Of a stretch of 64,000 bases of DNA, positions 19,247-28,710 are shown in pieces; position 1 is the stretch's first letter, and each line of letters starts with the position of its first letter. Both the position numbers and the translations under genes were made by a program. The stretch comes from Candidatus Bathyarchaeota archaeon (GTDB lineage: Archaea > Thermoproteota > Bathyarchaeia > Bathyarchaeales > Bathycorpusculaceae): positions 2,272,001 to 2,336,000 of the forward strand of contig OY970176.1 of assembly GCA_963707955.1 (NCBI GenBank), given 5' to 3'. The notes below the pieces were generated by a model that did no database searches, was not told the origin of the DNA, and worked only from the letters and a program-made list of their open reading frames with translations.

Positions 19247-20029
19247 ATGATAGATTTGAAGAAGGCATTTGTAGCGGCATTGACAGTTGTGATGGTGTGC
19301 ATGTTTCAAATAATGATTCTTCCAGCCATGGCGCAATACGCATGCGGTCTTCAAAGTGGAAAATACGCCAAGTATGACTGGTCAATAACATACTCAGCGA
19401 TGGGGCAAAGCTACAGCATGAGCGGAACCTTGGACGTCAACATTCAATCTGTATCTGGATCTAGTTATTCGGGCACGTTTGAGGAGGCCGTAACTGGAGG
19501 AAGTGTGCCAACAGGCATATTAACTATCCCTGAAAGCAATCAGACCTTTTCAGGGGATGTCGGATCAGGTTCTGGAATCACTGGTTTCATCGATCCTCTT
19601 GCAATACCGGCTAACATGACAGCAGGAAGCAGCATTCCAGGTGTTGGCAGTGTGCAGCAAATCGGAAGTTGGGGCGGCAGAAGCGCAGTCGTACTGTATT
19701 CAAGCGGGCTCAGCCTTGGTCAGGGGAACTGGTATTATGATGAAACCACAGGGATATTCCTGTCTGCAACGACCACATTTGGTTATGGAGGTGTCTATTC
19801 GCTTAATTACAAGTTGGAGATGGTCGGAACTGATCTTTGGAGCGGTGGATTTGGCGGTGGTGGTCTTCTTGGACTTGACCCATGGATATGGGCCGTAATT
19901 ATCGTAATCATAGTGGCTGCTGTTGCTGCTGTTGCTGCTGTGGCAGTAAGGATGCGTAGGAAGAAGCTGCCTACTGCTCCCACTCCAACTCCACTTCAAC
20001 CGCCTCCTCCTCCGACGCCGCCAGCATGA
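19247..20029 (+). CDS. secreted, C-terminally membrane-anchored protein with proline-rich tail
   Basis: AGGAG RBS, signal peptide, WYYDETTGIFL, TM + RRKK + PPPPPTPPA. Confidence 0.8.
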   Translation: MIDLKKAFVAALTVVMVCMFQIMILPAMAQYACGLQSGKYAKYDWSITYSAMGQSYSMSGTLDVNIQSVSGSSYSGTFEEAVTGGSVPTGILTIPESNQTFSGDVGSGSGITGFIDPLAIPANMTAGSSIPGVGSVQQIGSWGGRSAVVLYSSGLSLGQGNWYYDETTGIFLSATTTFGYGGVYSLNYKLEMVGTDLWSGGFGGGGLLGLDPWIWAVIIVIIVAAVAAVAAVAVRMRRKKLPTAPTPTPLQPPPPPTPPA

Positions 20030-20479
20030 TCTGACGGAACTACAAGGCATTACAAATTCCCGCACGCGCTTTTCTAATTAGAAATAGAAGCGGCTATTAG
20101 GCTAGGCAAATCCATTCGTTCAATCTTGAAGTCTCGCGCCATCCATTGGACATTTGAGCGGATAATTCTCTTTGCTCAACATTCGTTGGCTGTCGTAACA
20201 TCAAGAAAGACGGAAATGGGGTACTTGCAAGAATTGAAAGAGAATCCTACTCCTTCTAAAAGTCTATAGACTGAAGTTCTGATTGAGTTACAGCATGCTC
20301 TGCTTAAAGGGACGCCCTCGCAACAAAGATTTCTCAAACTCTTGTTAAGATGTCAAAGAACTTGTTGAGCGCGCGCTTTCCAGCAAGATTCACTACAACC
20401 AGCTCAAAACTATTCCACAAGCTTCGGAAACACTTTTTTGTGTAGGCTGACAAGACTGAAGCAGGGTGTAGAGTCGAAC

Positions 20480-21505
20480 ATGCATCATCCAAGGATAAAG
20501 GGTTCATACTGCGAAATGGGATGCAGGTATGGAGCCATACTGCATAGGCATGGCTTCAAAGTTTCAGCACAACCAAAGGAAAAACTTGACTTTGCCCTTG
20601 AATCTGAGTCCGAAGTAAAAAGAATCTTTCCAGAAATATTGGACGAAATACGAGGCTTCGCAGAAGGCTGCCATGCTTCATACCAAGACATGGCATCTTT
20701 CATGATGACAATTGGAGCATTCAAGCCTCAACCAATGTGTAGCAGCTTCGCCGCGTTCAACGGCTCCGATGTGATATTCGGGAGAAACTATGACTTCTTT
20801 TACAGCTTCAAGAAGTACACGGAAAGCTATCTGACTGCGCCGCAGGACGCATTTATCAGTCTGGGGCATTCTGATGTCTTCATAGGAAGAGAAGACGGAA
20901 TCAACGAAAATGGCTTGGCCATCGCAATGACGGGCGTGTGTGAGAAAAAGGTCAAACCTGGAATCAGCTTCGTACTGGCAGTGAGGCTCGTACTCGACAA
21001 GTGCGCAAATGTCAAAGAAGCCGCAAAAAGCCTTTTGAACATGCATGCGTCGGCTGACGCCAACTTTCTGTTAGCTGACAAAGCAGGCGACATGGCCGTT
21101 GCCGAAGTCTCGCCGGACAAGGTTATGATCCGCAAACCAAAGAATGACGAGAACTTCATCGTTTGCACAAACCATTTCGTTCTTCCTGAAATGCAGCAGT
21201 ACGAGGACTTGGAGCGCCGAAGCAGAGAAAATTGGGACACGATACCACGTTACGATGCAATATCTGAAGGCGTACGCAGGGCAGGAAGCAAGATGAATTT
21301 TGAGAAAGCGCAAAGGATAATGTCAGACCACACTGGCTGGGTATGTTCTCATCAGGACAACAAAAAGCTAGGAACGTTATGGTCGATAACAGCTGGCCTC
21401 AAGAATCTTGAAGTGTTCCGAGCTGAAGGAAATCCTTGCCGAACGAAATACAGAGAAGACCCGAGACTCAAAAGAGAAGCTCAGAAACAGAAACGCAAGA
21501 GCTAG
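20480..21505 (+). CDS. C45-family Ntn-hydrolase (acyl-CoA:6-APA acyltransferase-like)
   Basis: CSSF nucleophile, GRNYDF, DGINENGL, CTNHF. Confidence 0.9.
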   Translation: MHHPRIKGSYCEMGCRYGAILHRHGFKVSAQPKEKLDFALESESEVKRIFPEILDEIRGFAEGCHASYQDMASFMMTIGAFKPQPMCSSFAAFNGSDVIFGRNYDFFYSFKKYTESYLTAPQDAFISLGHSDVFIGREDGINENGLAIAMTGVCEKKVKPGISFVLAVRLVLDKCANVKEAAKSLLNMHASADANFLLADKAGDMAVAEVSPDKVMIRKPKNDENFIVCTNHFVLPEMQQYEDLERRSRENWDTIPRYDAISEGVRRAGSKMNFEKAQRIMSDHTGWVCSHQDNKKLGTLWSITAGLKNLEVFRAEGNPCRTKYREDPRLKREAQKQKRKS

Positions 21506-21511
21506 CGTACG

Positions 21512-21583
21512 CGGACAACTGATGAGTACTGTAAGTTGGTGGAGGCAGGATTCAGCTACGTGTGTGACGTTGGTGATAGTTAG
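21512..21583 (+). pseudogene. probable tyrosine integrase C-terminal remnant
   Basis: TTDEYCKLVEAGFSYVCDVGDS resembles, from recall, the L(V/I)EAGFEYV(C/T)D tail of bathyarchaeal integrases; starts at TAGCGTACGCG. Confidence 0.5.
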
Positions 21584-21723
21584 TTGGGGTAAAGTTTTAT
21601 CTTTCTCTCTCTCAATTTCTTACGCACACGACGACGCTCTAATTCTAACGCGCTAACTCTCCCCTACTCACTCACTCTCTCTACACACACGCACACACAC
21701 AGAGACAGACAAAGCACGCGCTA
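21579..21723 (+). repeat. strand-asymmetric low-complexity element, copy 3
   Basis: GGGGTAAAGTTTTATC, CT-rich, (CA)n, GACAGACAAAGCACGCGCTA. Confidence 0.6.
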
Positions 21724-23487
21724 GGAACGGTTATGCTTTTTCTTGTGGATTGCTATTGCTGACAGTGTCGCTAACATGGACATTGCTAATATGAGAAAAT
21801 CAGGAAACTCGGGCATTATTGTAATCTGTTCTGCTGAGTGGCCGTAGGTGAAGTACAGGCAGGTGTTACTGCTGTTTGAGACGGGCAAGAGGCTGTATTG
21901 AACCTGCGTCCCATTAACGAACACGCTGAGAGTGCCGTTTAACATCGCTGTTGGTATGCACACGTTGCAGAAGCCCGTCGTACCGTTCACGCCTGAAACG
22001 TTGAAGAGTATAGCGGTTCCGTTGAACTGAAAATCAGAAACCGTGGAGTTGCTCACAACCTGAACATCAACGCCTTGTACAACATTGAAGTCTGAGAATC
22101 CTCCCATCAGAGGGTAAAAATCCGTGTTATTGGCGTCAATAACGTATGGTGTGTCGCCTATGCCGTCGCTTCCAGTCACATTCTGATATTGCCCGCTGTA
22201 CAGGTCCGTACGGTTGTAGTCGCTCCAATAGTTGCCGCCTGAAGGATAGTCGTTGTCCCAAGTGTTGCCGATGGATGTGCTGTCGACTAAAGTCTGGGCA
22301 CCGTTCCCAATGAAATTGTTATGGTATATCGTGTTGTTTGAGGAAGAATTGTCGAGCCAAATGCCACTACCATAACTATTTGCTGTGACGTTGTTGCCAG
22401 ATAGAACATTGCCAGAAGAATTGTCGAGCCAAATGCCAGCATAGTAGTTTGCTGTGACGTTGTTGCCAGACAGAATATCGCCAGGAGAAGAGTAGAGATA
22501 AATGCCATACCAGCCGTTAGCTGTGAGGTTGTTGCCGATGATTTTTGAATCAGTCGTGTTTGCCAGCGTGAGTCCCCCATAATTTCTCGTGAGAGCCAAG
22601 CCTTGCACTGTCACGTTCTTGCAGTTGACGAGGCACACGTACCCAACGCCCTCGGGATAAGTCTGGGGGCTTATCACGATGTTCGACTTGTTCATCAGGT
22701 AGTACACGGGCTTACCCTCCACGAGGTTTGAAGTGTCAACATGATTCACAAAATCGCTCAAAACACTGCCAGAGGCGCTGCCAGAGACGCCAAAGTTGTA
22801 GGTGTTATCTGCTATCACGTTGTCAGACAGAACATTGCCAGAAGAAGCGCGGAGATAAATGCCATAGATGTTTGCTGTGGCGGTGTTGCCTGACACGGTA
22901 TTGTTATCAGAAGAAGAAAAGAGCTCAATACCATCAAAGACGTTTGCTGTACTGTTGTTGCCTGACACGGTATTGTTATCAGAAGAAGAGCCGAGGTTAA
23001 TTCCAAAGCCGTTTGCTCTGACGTTGTTTCCGCTTATGCTGCTGCTGTTAGAATATTCGAGATCGATGCCACCCCCGCTGTTTGCTGTGACGTTGTTGCC
23101 GCTAACAGTGTTGTTTGAAGAAGAGTAGAGATAGATCCCTTCTTGGAAGTTTTCGATGTTGGCGTTTTCGATCGTCACGTTGCTTATGTCCGTCAGGCTT
23201 AGACCATATCCGCTTAGGTTTCCTTGTACAGTGTAGCCGTTTCCGTCGATTACGGTGTTGTTTCTTTCGACGACGATTCCGTTGTAAGCTGGGTAGCTGA
23301 CGTTGCCAGTTAGCGTGTACGTGACGTTGTTAACGCTTGAAATAGGTGCGGAAGACGGAGAAACGCTTCCGTCACTGTTAATATAAACGGTTTCATTTGG
23401 TGCATGGACAAGCCCAATGTTAAACGCCAAGGCGAACGTGCCTGCAAGAAGCAACGACAAAATCATCAAAGAAACAATTCTCCTCAT
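21721..23487 (-). CDS. NosD/PbH1 beta-helix surface protein with PEF-CTERM-like sorting signal
   Basis: Signal peptide, PbH1 repeats, GGNYWSDY, MPEFP-TM-KKK; paralogue of 13738-17136. Confidence 0.9.
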   Translation of the reverse strand: MRRIVSLMILSLLLAGTFALAFNIGLVHAPNETVYINSDGSVSPSSAPISSVNNVTYTLTGNVSYPAYNGIVVERNNTVIDGNGYTVQGNLSGYGLSLTDISNVTIENANIENFQEGIYLYSSSNNTVSGNNVTANSGGGIDLEYSNSSSISGNNVRANGFGINLGSSSDNNTVSGNNSTANVFDGIELFSSSDNNTVSGNTATANIYGIYLRASSGNVLSDNVIADNTYNFGVSGSASGSVLSDFVNHVDTSNLVEGKPVYYLMNKSNIVISPQTYPEGVGYVCLVNCKNVTVQGLALTRNYGGLTLANTTDSKIIGNNLTANGWYGIYLYSSPGDILSGNNVTANYYAGIWLDNSSGNVLSGNNVTANSYGSGIWLDNSSSNNTIYHNNFIGNGAQTLVDSTSIGNTWDNDYPSGGNYWSDYNRTDLYSGQYQNVTGSDGIGDTPYVIDANNTDFYPLMGGFSDFNVVQGVDVQVVSNSTVSDFQFNGTAILFNVSGVNGTTGFCNVCIPTAMLNGTLSVFVNGTQVQYSLLPVSNSSNTCLYFTYGHSAEQITIMPEFPDFLILAMSMLATLSAIAIHKKKHNRS

Positions 23488-23577
23488 TCTACTCTCCCTG
23501 CCCACTACAAACATAGCCCTAATTAACTTTTAAGTTTATCTAAGCAACAACCAGAAGATTCCTAGACGGCTCGCTCA

Positions 23578-23706
23578 TTAGGCTAGGCTCGCTATTCTTG
23601 GAATCCATGTTTCTCGTTCATTCCTCAGAAACTTCGCAAGCAAATAAGCTTCTTCATTAATCAACGTGTCAAGGGTCTATTTACTGCCATGTCTGATTCT
23701 TGGAAT
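23578..23706 (-). pseudogene. probable Cas1 C-terminal remnant (copy 2) with internal stop
   Basis: IPRIRHGSK*TLDTLINEEAYLLAKFLRNERETWIPRIASLA*; begins exactly at CCGCGCGA (23706-23713). Confidence 0.5.
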
Positions 23707-23818
23707 CGCGCGGTTTACCCAGGATCTTTCGGAGCCGCTTATCTAACAGTCTCTTTTTGGCAGTATTTGTCCACTCGGCAACACTGGTTGGAGATCCCAG
23801 CGGGCGCTAAATAGCGCG

Positions 23819-24811
23819 TTAATTCGATGCTTCTTTAGCGCGCGTTTTCAAAGTTTCTGAGGCCTTTTCTGCCCATTTCGGGTCCTTCCAGAGCGCTCTG
23901 CCCACGGCCACCAGGTCAACTTTGCCGTCTCGAACTAGTCTGTCAGCATGCTCGGCCTCGGTGATTCCTCCTACGCCTATGACTGGAGCATTGACGGCCT
24001 TCTTTATCTCGTAGGCCTGAGGAATGAAGTAGCCCTTGACGTTTCGAAGCTGCTTGGGCTCGCTTCCACAAAGGCCGCCTGACACGTCGATGATGTCGAC
24101 GCCATTTTGCTCAAGCTTCAAGGCAAAGGCAGCCGAATCCTCAACCTGCGTTCCTTTCGGGGCAAGGTCGTCCGCGCCTAAACGGTAGAGTAGAAGTTTG
24201 CCTCTAACTCTTTCTCGAACCGCGTTAACTACCATGAGGGGAAAACGTGTCCTGTTCTCCAAGGAACCCCCGTACTCATCTCGACGCTTGTTGAACAGGG
24301 GTGAGAAGAACTGGTTGAGCAGGAAACCGTGCGCCCCATGAAGCTCCACACCGTCAAAACCGGCTTTAACCGCGCGATCGGCAGCCATGGCGAACTCTTC
24401 TACCAAAGCCTCAATCTCATTTCTTGTCAGTTCGCGGCTCTTCTCCGTTGCAGAGGGGCTCGTAGGCTCTGCGCCGATGATTTTCTCGTTCGCGATGCCC
24501 CCCGCATGGGTAATCTGTACAACGACAGGAGTGTCGACCGCGTGTATGGCGCCCGTAAGCCTCTCTAACCCGTCGATCAACTCGTCATCGTACATGCCTA
24601 GCTGCTTTGAACTCAACTTTCCACTTGCAGAAACGAAAGAGTGCTCCACAATGAGCAGGCCTAGCGCCGCTGAACGCCTAACATAGAACTTGATGAGCCT
24701 GCCAGTGACGGCGCCTTTAACCGTGGCTCGACCTGTTTGCATAGGAGGCATAACTATCCGGTTCCTGAAGATCAGATCCTTCACTTCTAGAGGATCAAGA
24801 AGCCCCACCAA
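23819..24811 (-). CDS. NADH:flavin oxidoreductase (Old Yellow Enzyme family)
   Basis: NRIVMPPM, AGFDGVELHGAHGFLLNQF, RRDEYGGSLENR. Confidence 0.95.
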   Translation of the reverse strand: MVGLLDPLEVKDLIFRNRIVMPPMQTGRATVKGAVTGRLIKFYVRRSAALGLLIVEHSFVSASGKLSSKQLGMYDDELIDGLERLTGAIHAVDTPVVVQITHAGGIANEKIIGAEPTSPSATEKSRELTRNEIEALVEEFAMAADRAVKAGFDGVELHGAHGFLLNQFFSPLFNKRRDEYGGSLENRTRFPLMVVNAVRERVRGKLLLYRLGADDLAPKGTQVEDSAAFALKLEQNGVDIIDVSGGLCGSEPKQLRNVKGYFIPQAYEIKKAVNAPVIGVGGITEAEHADRLVRDGKVDLVAVGRALWKDPKWAEKASETLKTRAKEASN

Positions 24812-25111
24812 CTCCCAACACCAAGAAGACTACAGACTAGTTCACGTCTATAAGAACATAGCACAAGTGCGGTAAGAACAAGGCCACAAAAAGATGTTGC
24901 CTCTCTGCCCTTCCTCAGCGCGCGCCGCACGCTATTCATTGCCTTACATAAGGAAGCTCTGCATATATGCATATCTTTGGTAAGAAACATAAATGCTAAT
25001 GTACTAAACAAAATTGTGGTTGAAATCACACAGAGGACATCAAAATCGAAGAAGTTTTATAACATAGCAACTGAAAGTTAAATGTGCCTCGTACGTAAGG
25101 AGGTGAAAAAA

Positions 25112-25432
25112 ATGGAACGTAGAGCCAACCCATGGGAAATATTCAACGAGGAAAGGCCTGAGGTTGTGAAAGCTTTCCAAGAAATGATGAAGCGCGTTAA
25201 CAAAAACAATGTCCTTGACAAAAAGACGATGGCACTAATCTATGTTGGCATCTGCTCTACGATACGAGAAGCAGGCGCGCTGCGTCATTTCGTCGGTGAG
25301 GCATTAACAGCTGGAGCAACGAAGGAAGAAGTAGAAGCAGCGGCCTTACTTGCTTTCACTACAGGGGTTTCCTCCGCAGAACTAAGCCTACCTATAATCC
25401 TCGATCTCGCCAGGAAAACTAAACAAAAATAG
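25112..25432 (+). CDS. carboxymuconolactone decarboxylase (CMD) family protein
   Basis: GGAGGTGA RBS; LDKKTMALI...HFVGEALTAGATKEEV. Confidence 0.85.
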   Translation: MERRANPWEIFNEERPEVVKAFQEMMKRVNKNNVLDKKTMALIYVGICSTIREAGALRHFVGEALTAGATKEEVEAAALLAFTTGVSSAELSLPIILDLARKTKQK

Positions 25433-25563
25433 CGCTACATCGCGTTGAGAGGTCGCAATTGTGTCATAATGGCTGCCAATTCTGCCTCTAAGAAGAGCGA
25501 GCGCTATTGTGCAGCGCGCGCTATCGTAACATGTAAATCTGTCTCCTCACAGCAAATCCTTAA

Positions 25564-26463
25564 TTGTGTATGCGACCAAGAGCGTCGTTGCCGAACTGGG
25601 AGAGGCGCAAGGGATTGATTAAGCGAGTTAGTATCGTTCTTGCGAATTATTGTCCGCACTGTGTACCGTTTTCTCTGCGTAATGCTAACAAAATGTCCAG
25701 AGACCTTGGGGTTCCGCTTCTTACTCTTGACATAGAGATCCCCGAGCAGCTTGAGGCGGCTGACAGGCTCGTCGAAGAACACGGCGATTGGTCGGAGGAT
25801 TATCTTATCCCTCAAGTCTTTGTTGAACACATGGACGGGAGAGTTAATCACGTATTAACTGGTTTTTCAGAGGCAGTTTCGGTGACAGAACGTTCTTGGA
25901 AAGCGCTGTTTTCGAGTAGTTACTATCAAAGTCTCGTACATGGAGAACCGGCTATCTCGTTGCCTCACTCATCATCCCGTCGTAAGTCGTTGAAGGAGTT
26001 TGTGGAGGCATACCTAACGTTCGATGGACAATGTTACAGGCACTGCGATAGCCCTTCCTCCTTCGTAGATCTGCGATCCGACTCGGATAATGTCATCGGA
26101 GCATACGTCTGCCCCGGCGGATACGTGTCTAGGGTTGTCTACTTCAGTGTTTACCCAGATGTCAAGCAATTAAGAAGCTTCCTTATCTCCCAAGTCGGTA
26201 AGGAAATTGTTAACGATCGCGATATCCGTCCAGCCACTAGGCACGGGTGGGAATTGGGAGGTGATGCTTTGGCTGAGATTGGTGAAGTGAGCCCCACCGG
26301 TGTCATAAAGGAGATCTATTGGACAGTCTATGCCAAAACCGAAGACGAGAGAAGACGTGGAGTTTTTATCTGCTCACATCCTAGGAAAGGAATGGGATGT
26401 AACAGACTATTCGTTCAAGACAAGAAGTCAAGAAACAGATTGTGCCCAAAGTGTAAACAGTGA
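25564..26463 (+). CDS. thioredoxin-like (CPHC) protein fused to Cys-rich domain; start probably ~25615
   Basis: YCPHC, YLIPQVF cis-Pro motif, C-terminal CSH..C..CPKC. Confidence 0.7.
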   Translation: MCMRPRASLPNWERRKGLIKRVSIVLANYCPHCVPFSLRNANKMSRDLGVPLLTLDIEIPEQLEAADRLVEEHGDWSEDYLIPQVFVEHMDGRVNHVLTGFSEAVSVTERSWKALFSSSYYQSLVHGEPAISLPHSSSRRKSLKEFVEAYLTFDGQCYRHCDSPSSFVDLRSDSDNVIGAYVCPGGYVSRVVYFSVYPDVKQLRSFLISQVGKEIVNDRDIRPATRHGWELGGDALAEIGEVSPTGVIKEIYWTVYAKTEDERRRGVFICSHPRKGMGCNRLFVQDKKSRNRLCPKCKQ

Positions 26464-26640
26464 AGCGCGCGCTAAGGCTTTCTCTAATTTGGTGACTAGA
26501 GATAATGGCTTTTGAAAAAGCCGTTTTCCCTATTCCACACCCAACAGGTTTCTAAGCGAAATCCACACTTTAAGGCTTGCCCAGTAACCGCGAGTTAGAA
26601 GATTCTTCTCAATCACCAGCGCGCGCTCCAAGATGATGAC

Positions 26641-27447
26641 CTACTTGATTTTCTCTGCAACTTTTGACTTGATGTATCTTGAACGATACCAATATAGAGC
26701 CGACACGAATGTTAGTGCTAGGATGCATACTGAAAGAATTTGGTAAACAAGAGGAAAAAGAACGATGGAAGGCAAAAGGGTCAAAAGCAAAATACCAATC
26801 AATGTCGGAATGACTGTCTTAAGTTTGCGATTTGTAAGCAGATAATATCCGACAGTCACTAGAAACAGAATGGGTATGGAAACAAGCAATCCCTTAAAAA
26901 GACCAATAAATAACAACACGAATGGAAAGAGCGTAAAAAACAAGACTACGCCAGTAGCGAAAAGCAAGCTACCAACTATTTTTTGGAGAAGAGATGGTTT
27001 GCCCAAATATTCCTGAGTTGGTTTTGGACGTGAAGCCCGTTGTGGCTCAGTTTTCTCTTGCTTCTGTTCAATGCCTTCAATGCGTGCTGTTTGTTGGGGT
27101 TTATGCTTCTGGTAGTATCTCCTGTAGGAAAGAAGGATAATTGAAACCACCAATGACCAAAGAAGAAACTGCGATTCATCGGGAAGCTGGATGAGGAAGA
27201 TTAGACTCGAAGGAACCACAAGCAAAGAACCGCCCAGTAGTGCTATCACAGAACGTCTAAATCCTAAATCGACCAGAAGAAAGCAAGCCTCTCCAAGAAT
27301 AAGAGCAACCAACCAACCGAACATCAAGGCTCAGAGCAAACCGAATCGAAAGACAAACGGGATGCCTAACAAGAGAAGCAAAAATCCCAAAATTATGAGC
27401 AATAGCCCAGTTGTTCTCTTGAGCATCGGCAAGCGATTTCTCCGCAT
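26641..27447 (-). pseudogene. membrane protein interrupted by in-frame TGA at 27331-27333
   Basis: Hydrophobic frame continues upstream of the 228-aa ORF to ATG 27447 (…FRFGLL*ALMFGW…). Confidence 0.65.
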
Positions 27448-27522
27448 GCTACGTTCTCCTAACCCACGATTAGTTCTATCCGTTAAGTTGCACTATAACT
27501 TTTCTGCACAATAAGAAATACT

Positions 27523-27660
27523 CCGCGTGTCTGTCTGCCTGTCTATTTGTGTGATGTATGTGTGTGATATCTCTGTGTGAGATATGTAAGTAGCTAAGAG
27601 AAAGAAAGAAGAAGAGAGAGAAGGTGTGTGTGTGTTTGGGGGTAAAGTTTAATCCCACAC
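27523..27660 (-). repeat. strand-asymmetric low-complexity element, copy 4
   Basis: Minus strand: GGGATTAAACTTTACCCC, CT-rich, CA-rich, GACAGGCAGACAGACACGCGG. Confidence 0.6.
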
Positions 27661-27737
27661 ACATGAAAAAATACAATATTTTTTATGTATCATCAGAATC
27701 AAAGGTAGAACTAAAGAGGAAAGGATGTAGTGGTATA

Positions 27738-28166
27738 ATGAGAATAATCTATGGATTCGTTTTGTTGGCTATCATCTTCGTAGCTTGTTTCGGCTTTCAA
27801 TCATACCTAATAATGCATCTACAGTCACAGTTAGACAATGTTCAGCATCTGAATGACGAGAGCATTAAACCTAAGGTTGTTGTCTTGTCGTATACATGGG
27901 CACTATCTTCATATGACCCATTAGAGAGCATGGTGAGTGCTAACTGCACGTTGCTAAATCTGAGTCCAACCACAGCGGTGAATGTGGAAATAGACATTAC
28001 TGTTTCAGTACAGAATACGACCATAACTTGGGTACGTACCTTAGCTGATTTTGACCCTTGGCATACGGAAAACGTCTATGATATAGTAGTTATCTATAAC
28101 AGTAGTTTAGGAGTACCATTGAACGTTTGGCTTACACCTAGATGGAACGGTATGTATGGATATTAG
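27738..28166 (+). CDS. hypothetical N-terminally anchored exported protein
   Basis: N-terminal TM, short coiled coil, beta-rich domain; stop overlaps perfect TTAGCGCGCGCTAA. Confidence 0.7.
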   Translation: MRIIYGFVLLAIIFVACFGFQSYLIMHLQSQLDNVQHLNDESIKPKVVVLSYTWALSSYDPLESMVSANCTLLNLSPTTAVNVEIDITVSVQNTTITWVRTLADFDPWHTENVYDIVVIYNSSLGVPLNVWLTPRWNGMYGY

Positions 28167-28176
28167 CGCGCGCTAA
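28163..28176. repeat. GC-palindrome junction site, perfect consensus copy TTAGCGCGCGCTAA (representative of about 50 copies)
   Basis: 14-bp perfect palindrome overlapping a stop codon between two unrelated genes. Confidence 0.8.
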
Positions 28177-28243
28177 GGCTGAATCACGCGTAAAGATTAT
28201 CTGGCCGATCCTAAAACTTTACGGGAGTAAGTGTTGAAGTCAC

Positions 28244-28603
28244 ATGGATGTTAGCGGCGTTGCCGACGAGAAGTACATCTATTTAACAACTAGAGGTAGG
28301 AAGACTGGAAATCCACACACGGTTGAATTGTGGTTTGCGATAGCTGGAAAGAAAATCTATCTTAGCCATGAAGGAGCGTACACTGACTGGATGAAGAACA
28401 TTCTTGAGGATGGTCGAGTCGAGTTTAAGGTCGGAAAGATCCAGTTTGAGGGCATTGCTCGAATTGCTGAAGGTGGGGAGGTTTTTGAATTGGGAAAACA
28501 TGTTCTCTACCTTAAGTATTATGGCAAGGCAGACGAAGACACGATTAACGATTGGTTCTCAGAGTCAACAATAATCGAGATCTCAATGATCGGTAGAGTA
28601 TAA
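28244..28603 (+). CDS. deazaflavin (F420)-dependent nitroreductase-like split-barrel protein
   Basis: LTTRGRKTGNPHTVELWF, DWMKNI. Confidence 0.85.
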   Translation: MDVSGVADEKYIYLTTRGRKTGNPHTVELWFAIAGKKIYLSHEGAYTDWMKNILEDGRVEFKVGKIQFEGIARIAEGGEVFELGKHVLYLKYYGKADEDTINDWFSESTIIEISMIGRV

Positions 28604-28680
28604 AGCGCCTATGGTAAGAGGTTGATGAATTGATGAAATGGAAGTCCGTGAACTAAACCTGACGGCGCGCTGAAGAATGA

Positions 28681-28710
28681 ACTGAACCCATTTAGGTCTA
28701 AGTCCGGGCG
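28681..28710 (+). mobile_element. right end of the ~115-bp element, copy B
   Basis: GAACCCATTTAGGTCTAAGTCCGGGCG between GC sites at 28664 and 28711. Confidence 0.6.

Noticed and set aside
16620-22236. Diversity-generating retroelement TR/VR pair
   Set aside because: No reverse transcriptase; both copies are coding and differences do not appear adenine-specific.
27331-27333. Selenocysteine recoding
   Set aside because: TGA lies in a hydrophobic TM context where Trp (TGG) is more plausible; both HdrA genes use Cys.
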